The notes under the pieces are model-generated. The model was given only the letters and a program-made list of their open reading frames with translations, ran no database searches and was not told where the DNA came from. A program made the translations under genes and the position numbers. Shown one piece after another: positions 47,547-56,812 of a DNA stretch of 63,910 bases (its first letter is position 1; each line of letters begins with the position of its first letter). This DNA comes from a virus (Duplodnaviria > Caudoviricetes), in IMG/VR virus record IMGVR_UViG_3300038548_000456, positions 1 through 63,910 of that record; one strand, given 5' to 3'.

Positions 47547-48227
47547 TTATGCAGCCTCGAGTTCCGATAGGTCAACTTCCCAGACGTCGCCAGCAGAATC
47601 TTCGATATGGGCAGTATCATCTTCCAATTCAGTTACGACGCCTTTGACGGTGTCGCCTTCTTCATCATCAAATTTCACTTTGGATCCAACTCGAATTTTC
47701 TTCTTCTTCTTGGCTCGGGACTTCCGCTTCTTCTTCTTAGGCGGCTCTTCCTCTTCTTCTTCCTCTTCTTCTTCCTCTTCTTCTTCCTCTTCTTCTTCCT
47801 CTTCTTCACCAGCAGGTAGGAAGCCAGTGATGCGAGGCTTGTCTTTCCCGTCAAACTCCTCATTGGTTACTTCAATGCCAATCTCTTCTTCAAGCAGATC
47901 AGCTGGATCGATGTCCATAGGGCCATCTTCAATATCATAGCCAATCAGCTCCAGGAAAGTACGAAAACGCCACAGGGACTGAGGTTGCAAAGAAATGTTG
48001 TCGAAGATTATTGCACCTTCGAGTTTTCCCTCTGCAATCTTGTATTTCAAAGCCAGGTAAGGTTCACCACTCTCCTGTCCCTCTTTCTCCTCAATCGCAT
48101 GAATCTTAGCAGTGTAGGTTCCATCCGGGATTACACGGCCACCTCCTGACTCAACGCCCTCGAAGTCAACACTGATTGTGTTCTTCTTCTTACGGCTCCG
48201 GGATTTTTTCTTTGTTGATCGTGCCAT
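47547..48227 (-). CDS. Single-stranded DNA-binding protein (DUF669-like) with poly-Glu tract
   Basis: IPDGTYTAKI...SGEPYL, long Glu run; next to the Sak4-like ATPase. Confidence 0.7.
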   Translation of the reverse strand: MARSTKKKSRSRKKKNTISVDFEGVESGGGRVIPDGTYTAKIHAIEEKEGQESGEPYLALKYKIAEGKLEGAIIFDNISLQPQSLWRFRTFLELIGYDIEDGPMDIDPADLLEEEIGIEVTNEEFDGKDKPRITGFLPAGEEEEEEEEEEEEEEEEEEEEEPPKKKKRKSRAKKKKKIRVGSKVKFDDEEGDTVKGVVTELEDDTAHIEDSAGDVWEVDLSELEAA

Positions 48228-49132
48228 TACTTGTTACTCCTTTTAGCTAGCTTTTTGCGTTTCTTGGTTACTTTCTTCTTAGCAGTAGATTTACCTGTTA
48301 TAAGATCCCGCACCTTACGATGACTTGGATCCGTGATCACATCCGGTAAAGGTCCTGCACTCTTGGGTCTACGGATCTTTGTTGAATAATAGGCATGAGG
48401 ACCGATCCGCATACAGTACTCTACCTTTCTTACTTTATTCTTTCCTTTACCTGTCCAGTTCTCTCGAATGAAGCAGGATCCAATTGAATCCATTGCTCCA
48501 TCCAAGAATGCCCCAACACTTGGCATAACTCGAGCGCCAATGGATGGCTCAAGTGCATCGTCCTCTTCGTCTCCCCCAGCAAATGTCCGTTCATGAGCAA
48601 TGAATACAACGTTGTACTGTTCATCGAGATCCCGGTATCGATTGATGGCATCTTTGAGAAGTCCTCCAAGTTCACCCCAGTTGTTCTTGGCGAATAGATC
48701 AGACTGCTTCTTGTTGTGTCGATCCCGAATCTCCTGCATTCCTAGATCTTGGAGGTTAGTTACCTGGTCAATGACAATTGTCTTGTACTTGGTGCCGTCT
48801 TTCAGGTACCAGTATCCTTCTTCAAACTCATCCCAGGTCGTGATTCTTCGTACCTCAATTCCTTCGATGCCTTTGATAGTAGCTGTTCCTTTCTCTTTGA
48901 CATCAATCACTAGGAGAGGTTTAGGCCATGTTGAACTGAAGTGAGTCTTGCCACTTCCTGATCGGCCATAGACCAACATAACTTCGTTGTCTGTCAGGTC
49001 TTCCACAGGTGTTATTCCTTTAGCAAAACTCTTACCCCCACCGGGAGCAGTCCGTTTTACTTTCTTCTTTACCTTCTTAGCCACTATGCCGCTCCTTTTT
49101 CTTGAAGTGTTTTTTCTTGACGAACTTAACAT
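48227..49132 (-). CDS. Sak4-like / AAA_24 ATPase
   Basis: VYGRSGSGKT, IDVKEKG, IVIDQ, VVFIAHE. Confidence 0.85.
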   Translation of the reverse strand: MLSSSRKNTSRKRSGIVAKKVKKKVKRTAPGGGKSFAKGITPVEDLTDNEVMLVYGRSGSGKTHFSSTWPKPLLVIDVKEKGTATIKGIEGIEVRRITTWDEFEEGYWYLKDGTKYKTIVIDQVTNLQDLGMQEIRDRHNKKQSDLFAKNNWGELGGLLKDAINRYRDLDEQYNVVFIAHERTFAGGDEEDDALEPSIGARVMPSVGAFLDGAMDSIGSCFIRENWTGKGKNKVRKVEYCMRIGPHAYYSTKIRRPKSAGPLPDVITDPSHRKVRDLITGKSTAKKKVTKKRKKLAKRSNK

Positions 49133-50072
49133 CTAACCCGCGGATTTCAGCTTCGCAGATTTGTTTGTATTGACATCCCTGACAATTAAACTTACTCATA
49201 CTCTTTGGAGCAATTCCCTTCATATGCTTAATCATCACTGCGGTAGTTCGAAGATCCTCCACTACTTGAGCGATTTGCTTCTGACTGGGAGTAGGTAAGA
49301 ATACTCTCTCAAAGAACATGTGATCTTTCTTCCCCAGCATCTCTAGATATTTCTTGTAGGGTTTTGGATCCAGTTTGAGACGTTTGATTTCTCCTTCATA
49401 CGTGTCTCGATCACATCGAAGACTTGCTTTTTGTGAGAGTTCTCCGCTTTTCAGAGTAGCAGGCATTGTAGGGGGTGCAGTACGAACATAATCCCAGCAG
49501 ATACCATCCACAGGTTGATCAGGTCTCCATCGATTCCATGCCCAGATGTAGTAGATCATTTGTAGTTCGTGAAAACGAGCTTCAGCATCGGGGATACTCT
49601 TCATGAATTTATGATCCATGATCCATCGTCGCTTATGAAGGTCAATCGCAATCTTATCAATGTAACCAACGAAGCGAAGATCATCTGATAGATCAGTGGC
49701 TACAAATATTTCGCTTTCCTCATAGGTGAGATCGTCGTTTTTGTACTTCTTGACATAGGCAAGAAACAATCGTTCACACTCGGCAATGATATCCCCATGC
49801 TCTTCTTTCTCTTCCTCGAAGAATTTCTTGTACTCTTCAGCATATTTCTCCAGAGCATCCCAGGCGTCTTCTTTGAAGTTCTTCAGTTTCTTAGTCATGA
49901 CGTGGTTATGAAGCATCTCATGCAAGATCTTCCCTCTAAGCATGGGAACTATAGGTCTCTTGCGTTCGAGTCTTTCTCGATAGCGAAGATCATGTGCCTT
50001 CATGCATTTGCGAAAAAGGTTGATCTCAGATTGGCTCGTTGACGGCATTGATTTTTCTCCTAGGCTCTGCAT
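49077..50072 (-). CDS. Cas4-like PD-(D/E)XK exonuclease
   Basis: GKILHE, GYIDKI, IMDHK, QMIYY, Cys staple C...CQGCQYKQIC. Confidence 0.85.
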   Translation of the reverse strand: MQSLGEKSMPSTSQSEINLFRKCMKAHDLRYRERLERKRPIVPMLRGKILHEMLHNHVMTKKLKNFKEDAWDALEKYAEEYKKFFEEEKEEHGDIIAECERLFLAYVKKYKNDDLTYEESEIFVATDLSDDLRFVGYIDKIAIDLHKRRWIMDHKFMKSIPDAEARFHELQMIYYIWAWNRWRPDQPVDGICWDYVRTAPPTMPATLKSGELSQKASLRCDRDTYEGEIKRLKLDPKPYKKYLEMLGKKDHMFFERVFLPTPSQKQIAQVVEDLRTTAVMIKHMKGIAPKSMSKFNCQGCQYKQICEAEIRGLDVKFVKKKHFKKKERHSG

Positions 50073-50105
50073 TCTAAGATGATTGTGCCACTACTGTAAA
50101 TAGCT

Positions 50106-52604
50106 TTATTCACTAAAAGCCTTTCCTCTGCCCCAGGGGCCGACTTCAAGTTCTCCTTCCATAGGTAGACCTAAGTCGATGTTGAAGGTCTTCATTAGTT
50201 TTGGTTCTCGCATGATTTGAAGAACTTGAGGTAAGACTTCTGATTTAGACTCTGTTCTCACGATTCCGAGTATAGCGTCGTGATGCTCTCCAACCAGGCG
50301 GAACTTGGTTCGATCTACCGTCTCGTGAACCTCGACCATAACCACAGCCTTGTAATCCCCGATGAAACCCTGAATGGGCGCATTGATAGCTTGCCTCTCG
50401 GCTTCCATCCTCACCATCCGGTCTCTCGCTTCGATCCCAGGTAATCTCCGAAGACGTCCGAAAGGATTCCGTACATATCCATTCAGTTTAGCAAGTTTCT
50501 TCTGTCTCGAATGCCACGTTCGCAGACCACTGTACAAACTGAAGTAACTCTCCCGAGCTTGATGTGCCTCGTCAAAGGTTGCATGCCACCCGTATTTCAC
50601 CTTTGCAGTTTCCATAAATTTCTTTTCGTACATTCCAAAAAGGAATCCGAAGTTGATAGCCTTTGCTTTCTTCCTACCCTCTTTCCATCCCGACCATATC
50701 TCAATACAGAAATCTGGCCCCATATCTAAAAGCATTTCTGCATCTTCGGTTAAAGTTCTCCCTTCGTTGGGGAATCCATGGCAGATTTTTGCTGCGGTTT
50801 CTCGGAGTTGCTTGACGTATTCGCCCAGACCTGCGGATGTGAGAGTATGAAGAAGAGTTCGCCAATGGACGTCAATACCTTCGGTAAAGCACCTTCTGAG
50901 TTCGAGATCTCCAGAGGCAGCTGCTGCAGCACGGAGTTCAGCTTGAGAAAGGTCTCCTTGGACAAACTCCCAACCGTCGGGAGCTGTAACGAGATTTCTA
51001 ATTTTACCGTCTCTTGGAATTGAGTGTATTCTACTTGAATACCTCCCTGTGACAGTTCCATGGATTTTGTATGACACATAAAGTTTATCTCCCACCATAA
51101 ATGTCTTGAAGCCATTGATATAGGTGCTGATGAATTTTGTTCGTTCCCTATATTGGACTAACAGGTCAACAACTTCATGCGTTCCCATTAGATCCAGTAT
51201 AGCGGTCTCAGAGGTGCTAGGATTCTTCTTCTTAGTCCATTCCGTACATTTCAATCCAAGGTCCTCGTACAGAACTACAGCAACCTGAGCAGGTGAGTTC
51301 CAATTGACCTTTCGACCCGCTAATTTGTTCAATCGCTTCTCGAATTGAACCTTCTCTGACAATAGCTCTAGTCCTATATCTTCCATCGTTTCAAGATCGA
51401 GAGTGAGTCCCTCCATCTCTATGTCTTCCATTGCACGAGCAGCGGGCATGATTAGCTTGTAGAACAGTCTGCGAAGTGTGAATGACTGTCGAAATTTTTT
51501 CTGGAAAATCTTAACGAGTTTTAACGTATAGGTACAATCTTCTCCGCAATATTTGAAGTTGATCATTGGAGTCTTCGACTTACCTTGCTTCATGCCTAAA
51601 GGAATGTCATACTCAGGAACATCTAAGAAGTCTCGACAGTTGGATGTTAAGTCATTATCGGTATTTTCATTGAGAGTGTGTGAGGCGAGCATTCCATCAA
51701 AGTGTAATTTGAAACTGGCGCCACACATATTCCTGAGCCAAAGATTATCAAACTTGCCATTCCAAGCGTAGCCTTTCTTCTTAGTCTCGTGTTGGATTCT
51801 GACCAGAAGTTGAACAAGTAGAGCTAAGGCATTTCCTCTTCTCCAAGGGCCGATTCCAAACTCTGCAAAGTCGGGATGCATAAAGCCAGGTATAATCCAA
51901 GTTCTTTTTGGGAGAGCAATACCAACGGCAGTGATGTACCCGTCCCTGGAGTGGGAGAACAAACCTGACGTTTCCAAGTCAAAAGCGAACTCAGGTGCTG
52001 CTGTGAATTCGCGGATAAACTCGTGCCAATTTCCTCGTCTAACGATGTTCCACTTGAAGGATTGGTCTTGTTCTTCTCCGCGAAGTTTCTTAGCAAGTCT
52101 TTTAATGTCATGTTGAAATCCGGGCAGTTTGGATGGGTCACGCATTGTGTATGCTGGATGATATGTAGGCATCCCGATGAAATTGCATTTATCATTTTCT
52201 ATGAACTCCCCATGGAATTGATTGATTTTGGCCCTCCCTCTGAACAACGCTTTGGTTGGTGGAACGCCGATGGTCATAACAAATTTTGGGTCAAGTTTTT
52301 CGATCTCTTTGTCAAGATATGGACGACAAGCTCTCACTTCCTCTGGAGTAGGGGGTCGCTTATCAGGGGTTTGACATTTGACTAAGTTAGTAATGTAGAC
52401 GTCATCAGTCAAATCATTCTTAGCCAGCTCTCGCATCAGTATCTTGCGAGGTTCACCGGCAGTTGGTACTCCTCGCTTCAATGGCAAAGGACTATCAGAG
52501 ATGATCATCACACTAGCATTTTTCGGTCCTACTCCTTTAGCACAGACATAATCTGTGCCTTCATGGAGGGGACAGGCCGTACAGTTTTTATTAAAGCTTT
52601 TCAA
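50106..52604 (-). CDS. polA: Family A DNA polymerase with N-terminal UDG family 4-like domain and 3'-5' exonuclease
   Basis: CTACPL, TNLVKC, CRPYL, TYHPAY; Exo DLET, NGKFD, YCGED; TGRYSS, DLSQAELR, RKKAKAINFG, HHD. Confidence 0.95.
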   Translation of the reverse strand: MKSFNKNCTACPLHEGTDYVCAKGVGPKNASVMIISDSPLPLKRGVPTAGEPRKILMRELAKNDLTDDVYITNLVKCQTPDKRPPTPEEVRACRPYLDKEIEKLDPKFVMTIGVPPTKALFRGRAKINQFHGEFIENDKCNFIGMPTYHPAYTMRDPSKLPGFQHDIKRLAKKLRGEEQDQSFKWNIVRRGNWHEFIREFTAAPEFAFDLETSGLFSHSRDGYITAVGIALPKRTWIIPGFMHPDFAEFGIGPWRRGNALALLVQLLVRIQHETKKKGYAWNGKFDNLWLRNMCGASFKLHFDGMLASHTLNENTDNDLTSNCRDFLDVPEYDIPLGMKQGKSKTPMINFKYCGEDCTYTLKLVKIFQKKFRQSFTLRRLFYKLIMPAARAMEDIEMEGLTLDLETMEDIGLELLSEKVQFEKRLNKLAGRKVNWNSPAQVAVVLYEDLGLKCTEWTKKKNPSTSETAILDLMGTHEVVDLLVQYRERTKFISTYINGFKTFMVGDKLYVSYKIHGTVTGRYSSRIHSIPRDGKIRNLVTAPDGWEFVQGDLSQAELRAAAAASGDLELRRCFTEGIDVHWRTLLHTLTSAGLGEYVKQLRETAAKICHGFPNEGRTLTEDAEMLLDMGPDFCIEIWSGWKEGRKKAKAINFGFLFGMYEKKFMETAKVKYGWHATFDEAHQARESYFSLYSGLRTWHSRQKKLAKLNGYVRNPFGRLRRLPGIEARDRMVRMEAERQAINAPIQGFIGDYKAVVMVEVHETVDRTKFRLVGEHHDAILGIVRTESKSEVLPQVLQIMREPKLMKTFNIDLGLPMEGELEVGPWGRGKAFSE

Positions 52605-53023
52605 TACTGTTCTACTCCAACCCGGGCTGAAAGTAAAAGGTTAATGGGTTCGGGATCTCGATATTGTTCCCAGTAGATGAGGCGAATTATCCCAGCGTTG
52701 ATGATGAGTTTAGCACACTCGTTGCAAGGACTGTGAGTACAATACAGAGTTGATCCTTCAGTTGTGATTCCCTTGCGAGCAGCGAAGGCTATAGTATTGG
52801 CCTCAGCGTGCACGGTTTCTGTACAAGGGTGGGCCTCGTTACATTTCTCTGGGGTACAGTGAGACATTCCTGATGGAGCACCATTGTATCCCATTGAAAT
52901 AATGCGTCCCTCAGTAGCAAGAATTGCTCCTACCTGAGTGCGAAGACAGGTTGAGCGTTTAGCTATGAGTTGTGCGATGTTTCCGAGTAACTCGTCTCGG
53001 CTGAATCTTGTTAACATTTCCAA
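52601..53023 (-). CDS. dCMP deaminase
   Basis: RSTC...VGA, GYNG, HAEAN, SPCNEC. Confidence 0.93.
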   Translation of the reverse strand: MEMLTRFSRDELLGNIAQLIAKRSTCLRTQVGAILATEGRIISMGYNGAPSGMSHCTPEKCNEAHPCTETVHAEANTIAFAARKGITTEGSTLYCTHSPCNECAKLIINAGIIRLIYWEQYRDPEPINLLLSARVGVEQY

Positions 53024-53261
53024 TCCTTATTGCTTTCCGTTTCATCAAAGCTCTGAAGGCTTTCTTCAAAGATGGGTGTCTAACTCCGTGATCTCCTCGG
53101 AGCATAAACTGATAGAACTCATTCTTGGATCCATTTTGCATGTGTACTCGATTGCGAAGATCAGGGTATTGATCGCAGACCCATTCTTCACATGACCAGG
53201 TTCCTCCACAAGAATAAACTACTCGTGTCCAGGTAAGCTCCTTAACTCTGTAGTGTTTCAT
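52959..53261 (-). CDS. Hypothetical protein
   Basis: ATGA coupling to the HNH gene; AGGAG SD. Confidence 0.55.
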   Translation of the reverse strand: MKHYRVKELTWTRVVYSCGGTWSCEEWVCDQYPDLRNRVHMQNGSKNEFYQFMLRGDHGVRHPSLKKAFRALMKRKAIRIGNVNKIQPRRVTRKHRTTHS

Positions 53262-53614
53262 ACTCCTACGCGGTTTCCATGCTTGTAGTTCCAGTGGTTC
53301 TTTCCGCTCATATCTTTGTTCGGTCCAGCCTGATTCCAGTGTCCTTTTTCTACTGCCTCTTTTGTATTCTCACTAGGCGTACCCACTCTGAGATGAGCTG
53401 GATTGATACAGGAAGGATTGTCGCAGGAATGAAGAACCCATAACCCCTTAGGAATTTCTCCTTTGAAGATCTCATACGACCAGCGATGTGCAAAGTCTCT
53501 ACGACCTAGGTATTGAAACTGAGTATACCGTCCTCGAATAGGTCTTCCTGACCGAAAGGCTCGAAGATACCAACATCGCTGGGTCTTATAGATCCTGTCA
53601 GTGAATTCTTTCAC
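53258..53614 (-). CDS. HNH homing endonuclease
   Basis: AHRWSY...[19 protein letters not shown]. Confidence 0.9.
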   Translation of the reverse strand: MKEFTDRIYKTQRCWYLRAFRSGRPIRGRYTQFQYLGRRDFAHRWSYEIFKGEIPKGLWVLHSCDNPSCINPAHLRVGTPSENTKEAVEKGHWNQAGPNKDMSGKNHWNYKHGNRVGV

Positions 53615-54441
53615 AGCTGCTCAAAGTCCCCTTGAAAGATGTGCATGGAGGCGCAGTGAAACACGAAGATTCCCGGGTGAACTTTGGGCCAAAGAAGAGT
53701 TGATTTCTTCTGGCGAGGATGTGCACCCTCTTCGATAGATCGAAGTTTATCCAACATCCAAAGCTGCAACCGCAGAGACAAGTAGAGATCATCGCGGAAA
53801 TGTCGAGTGTAATCACAGGACCTAATATAATATGTCATGTGAAGGTAACCGTGTCGCATCATGAAATGATACCCCAGTGTGCATGGTACTCGTTCTCCAT
53901 GAACTACGCCTGTATCCTCAGGAAACCATACTGGCAAGTAAGCCTGTCTGGTCTCAGGGTGGTCATGTAGATGATTGGCTACATCGAGTAGATCACCATA
54001 CCTGTAGCGAATTCCCTTTTTCACCAATTTTAGGGGGTTTACATCTCCGCTTGCAGTGTGTACTATGTTAGCAAGTTGTGGCCAATAACGTTCCATGTAG
54101 GTATGAGAGAATTGTTTACCTTCAGTTCTAAACTTATCTGCTGAGTTGGCATAAGGCCAGTTAGCCCACTGCACCCCTGGATTGAGAGGAACTCCCCAGA
54201 CTCGTTCTTCAAAGTGATCGTCTGCCCAGGGGAGGTTGGGTTCAATGTCAGTGTGATACTCATGATAGTCCTCGTTATTAATAGCTACCTCAAAGGAAGT
54301 ATTGAACACTTCTCTCATCTCATGTCCTGGCTGAGCAGCTATATCCAAACTCTGCCATCGTTCGTTCTTAAGAGGATAGGATAGTTCTAATATGCTGTGT
54401 TCAACCTTATCAATAGCTAACTGAAAAGTGGGGTATATCAT
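53611..54441 (-). CDS. Thymidylate-synthase-fold enzyme, dCMP-modifying type
   Basis: [25 protein letters not shown] (Asp at the Asn177-equivalent position), SMHIF. Confidence 0.85.
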   Translation of the reverse strand: MIYPTFQLAIDKVEHSILELSYPLKNERWQSLDIAAQPGHEMREVFNTSFEVAINNEDYHEYHTDIEPNLPWADDHFEERVWGVPLNPGVQWANWPYANSADKFRTEGKQFSHTYMERYWPQLANIVHTASGDVNPLKLVKKGIRYRYGDLLDVANHLHDHPETRQAYLPVWFPEDTGVVHGERVPCTLGYHFMMRHGYLHMTYYIRSCDYTRHFRDDLYLSLRLQLWMLDKLRSIEEGAHPRQKKSTLLWPKVHPGIFVFHCASMHIFQGDFEQL

Positions 54442-55214
54442 CGCTTACTCCGAGGAATGTAGTCTGCTTTGTTCTTGTGGATTTTAGGTAGAGGCTTACC
54501 GTACTCTTTATGTTTTTCTTCGAGGTAATCTCTGATCATTCGCATATCGAGATTTTTCCAGGCGAATTGGTGTTGTTGATTCTCTGGGCTATAGGGAAAA
54601 TGTTGATTTTTTGCGCGAGCTGACCTAAGAACAAACCTTGTTCCGCCAGCGAAGAGTCTTTCATCATGCTCGAAAAGATAGTCGAAGAAGTTGATAGGAT
54701 CCCAATGAGGGAGAAGAGTCGGGAAGAATACTCCCGAAAGGTAGGCATTGGCAAATCGAAATCGAAAGATGCTGGGATCAAGATCAAGTTCGTCGCAGAG
54801 ATACCGGAGAAAGACAAGGTCCGCACCGAATTTCTTGATGCACTCAGTTGACCGATATTGAACTTCAACCGATTCATGATCCTTCGCCCAGGAGATGATG
54901 AGGGTTTGCATACAATGACCCATAGACCGACTGTCTGCCTTGTTGGCGCCACGGAGTGACATGGCAACCGAAGTAAACGATTGCCCTGCACGTCTATCGA
55001 GAAGTGTTCGTACTCTTTCCAGTTCGTCAAGGTTAAGATAATTTCTTGTGAGTTGTTTGAATTTGTTTTGTCCATATCCTAAATCTCCGTAAGTTAAGTC
55101 AGGCAACTCGTTAGTAGTCCAAGTCAGATCCTGAAAGATTTTCCGAACTCCTGAGTACATCAAGGCAGGATGAGCAATGCACTCTTTGATGAATCCTTCT
55201 GGCCAGGAACTCAT
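54438..55214 (-). CDS. Divergent second thymidylate-synthase-fold protein
   Basis: GHCMQ, QYRSTECIKKFGAD aligns by eye with the TS RSxD...N177 segment. Confidence 0.55.
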   Translation of the reverse strand: MSSWPEGFIKECIAHPALMYSGVRKIFQDLTWTTNELPDLTYGDLGYGQNKFKQLTRNYLNLDELERVRTLLDRRAGQSFTSVAMSLRGANKADSRSMGHCMQTLIISWAKDHESVEVQYRSTECIKKFGADLVFLRYLCDELDLDPSIFRFRFANAYLSGVFFPTLLPHWDPINFFDYLFEHDERLFAGGTRFVLRSARAKNQHFPYSPENQQHQFAWKNLDMRMIRDYLEEKHKEYGKPLPKIHKNKADYIPRSKR

Positions 55215-55528
55215 TTCAGCACCTCTGAATCTACAATAGCCTTAATGGTGTTCATGGTGCGGTCATCACTCATTATTCTCGCAATGCTCTCCCCCGTATG
55301 TGATGAGCTAATCACTGATGCCCCGATATAGGTATCAACGTAATAACCGACTGTGTCATCCACCTGCCTTACAAGCTGTGCGGCGAGGGCGTCAAGCATT
55401 GGTTGGGATAGTCCCGGTAGGATTTCCTTCCATGCACTAAAATAAACATAGGTGTTGAAGGTGTCACTACCGATCTTCCATCCATTAGCCAGCTTAGCAC
55501 CTTCACGTATGTAGTCTTGATCGTTCAT
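55211..55528 (-). CDS. Hypothetical protein
   Basis: ATGA-coupled on both sides. Confidence 0.65.
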   Translation of the reverse strand: MNDQDYIREGAKLANGWKIGSDTFNTYVYFSAWKEILPGLSQPMLDALAAQLVRQVDDTVGYYVDTYIGASVISSSHTGESIARIMSDDRTMNTIKAIVDSEVLK

Positions 55529-55947
55529 CCAGTTCTTCCATGTCGATCCATTACTGCCAGATGGTCTGGTCCTATCCAGCCGGGAGGTTTGATAAGATCA
55601 TATTTCATACCTGGACGTTTTGATCTGTTTCCTCGCTGCTTCATCATATTAGCTCGATGAACTTCATCCCAATGATATTTCCAACGAAGTCCCATCAAAG
55701 TTGCTGATCCCTTTACTATTACTGCAATATCAATCAAGGCATCTATCTGCTCTAAGAAATCTTTGTTCTCAATTGCCTCAGCTAATTCTTCTACCTCTTC
55801 TCGAAGGAATATCATTCGTTCTTGCATTACTTCTCGAGCAAGAGTGGATTTTAATTGGACGGGTAGATTGAACTTTGTGTACATCTCAGCCATGTCTACT
55901 GTCTCTGGATCCTTGAAATAATTCTCGAATCTTGTTCGATCTGTCAT
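55525..55947 (-). CDS. MazG/PRA-PH-like dNTP pyrophosphohydrolase
   Basis: LREEVEEL, IDALIDI, EVHRANMMK, KPPGW..PD. Confidence 0.85.
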   Translation of the reverse strand: MTDRTRFENYFKDPETVDMAEMYTKFNLPVQLKSTLAREVMQERMIFLREEVEELAEAIENKDFLEQIDALIDIAVIVKGSATLMGLRWKYHWDEVHRANMMKQRGNRSKRPGMKYDLIKPPGWIGPDHLAVMDRHGRTG

Positions 55948-56456
55948 CTGCTTTTTCCTATGAAAGTTTTAATCGAGTCCATGATTAGTTGAGGAGGACC
56001 TGTGTAGTCGTATCGTTTAATATACACTCCCTCTTTTTCAAGCTGACCCATTAGAGTGTCGTATGCTTGGACTATTCTGCGGTGATTAAGAACAACGCCT
56101 TCCATTTGCACTTCTTTCCTAATCCCAGCTGCTAGAGCTGAATAGTTGGGACGGCAGTGGATGATCATTGCTGACTTAAACATGAAAGCCAATTGCTCGA
56201 GATCCAATCCGTGCATACACTTGCCACGGATGATGAGTCCGTAAATGGATTCTGAGATGACGGGATTTCTGTCACAGATGACGGGGATGTGAGGTGGGAG
56301 GCTGGCTAACAAGCCGATGACATCTGCTAATTGTCCTACATGATGAGGGGGACCATTTGACCTTAAGAATAGAGAGTACTGCTGAAGATCCTTCCGGATC
56401 CGGTTGGCCAAAGACGTCTTGCCTGACCCATCACTCCCTTCTAAAATAATTAACAT
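55944..56456 (-). CDS. Deoxynucleoside monophosphate kinase (thymidylate-kinase-like)
   Basis: IILEGSDGSGKTS, CDR...SESIYG. Confidence 0.85.
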   Translation of the reverse strand: MLIILEGSDGSGKTSLANRIRKDLQQYSLFLRSNGPPHHVGQLADVIGLLASLPPHIPVICDRNPVISESIYGLIIRGKCMHGLDLEQLAFMFKSAMIIHCRPNYSALAAGIRKEVQMEGVVLNHRRIVQAYDTLMGQLEKEGVYIKRYDYTGPPQLIMDSIKTFIGKSR

Positions 56457-56506
56457 AAAAACCTCGGTGAAAAAAGTAGTATACTCTTTGCGCAATATCG
56501 TATAAA

Positions 56507-56812
56507 TTGCGACAGTTCGTCAATTATAAAACAGAGGAATTGAAATTGAAACAAGAAAACTCACCTGTGCCTTCCTGTACAGATCAGTATAATATTCTCC
56601 CGGAAAAAGAATTCCCTTTCACTACCATCCGAGAGGCAGCAACAAGACTGAAGGTGAGAGAACAACGAATTAGTAGAATGCTCCGTATCCTGAAAATTCC
56701 CATACATAAGATTGGCACTCTGGTTCTCATTGATGAACCCGCTGTTGATCGAATGCGAAGGGCCATAAAAACTAATGAGGTGAAGCGCGGAAGAAAACCC
56801 CATGCCGCGTAA
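56507..56812 (+). CDS. HTH DNA-binding protein (excisionase/MerR-like)
   Basis: TIREAATRLKV...RI...IP..KIG...LID, KRGRKP. Confidence 0.65.
   Translation: MRQFVNYKTEELKLKQENSPVPSCTDQYNILPEKEFPFTTIREAATRLKVREQRISRMLRILKIPIHKIGTLVLIDEPAVDRMRRAIKTNEVKRGRKPHAA

Noticed and set aside
47748-47808. GAA/GAG microsatellite as a regulatory repeat
   Set aside because: It encodes the poly-Glu tract of the SSB-like protein with mixed codons
53258-53614. Group I intron splitting the TS gene
   Set aside because: The HNH gene is ATGA-coupled on both sides, leaving no room for a ribozyme core, and no downstream TS exon is seen; treated as free-standing
50106-56456. Z-genome (2-aminoadenine) or 7-deazaguanine system
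   Set aside because: No PurZ, DatZ, DpdA, FolE or QueC/D/E-like ORFs recognised; the enzymes present point to pyrimidines
56507-56812. Lysogeny module implied by the excisionase-like HTH
   Set aside because: No integrase, repressor pair or ParA recognised anywhere in the genome
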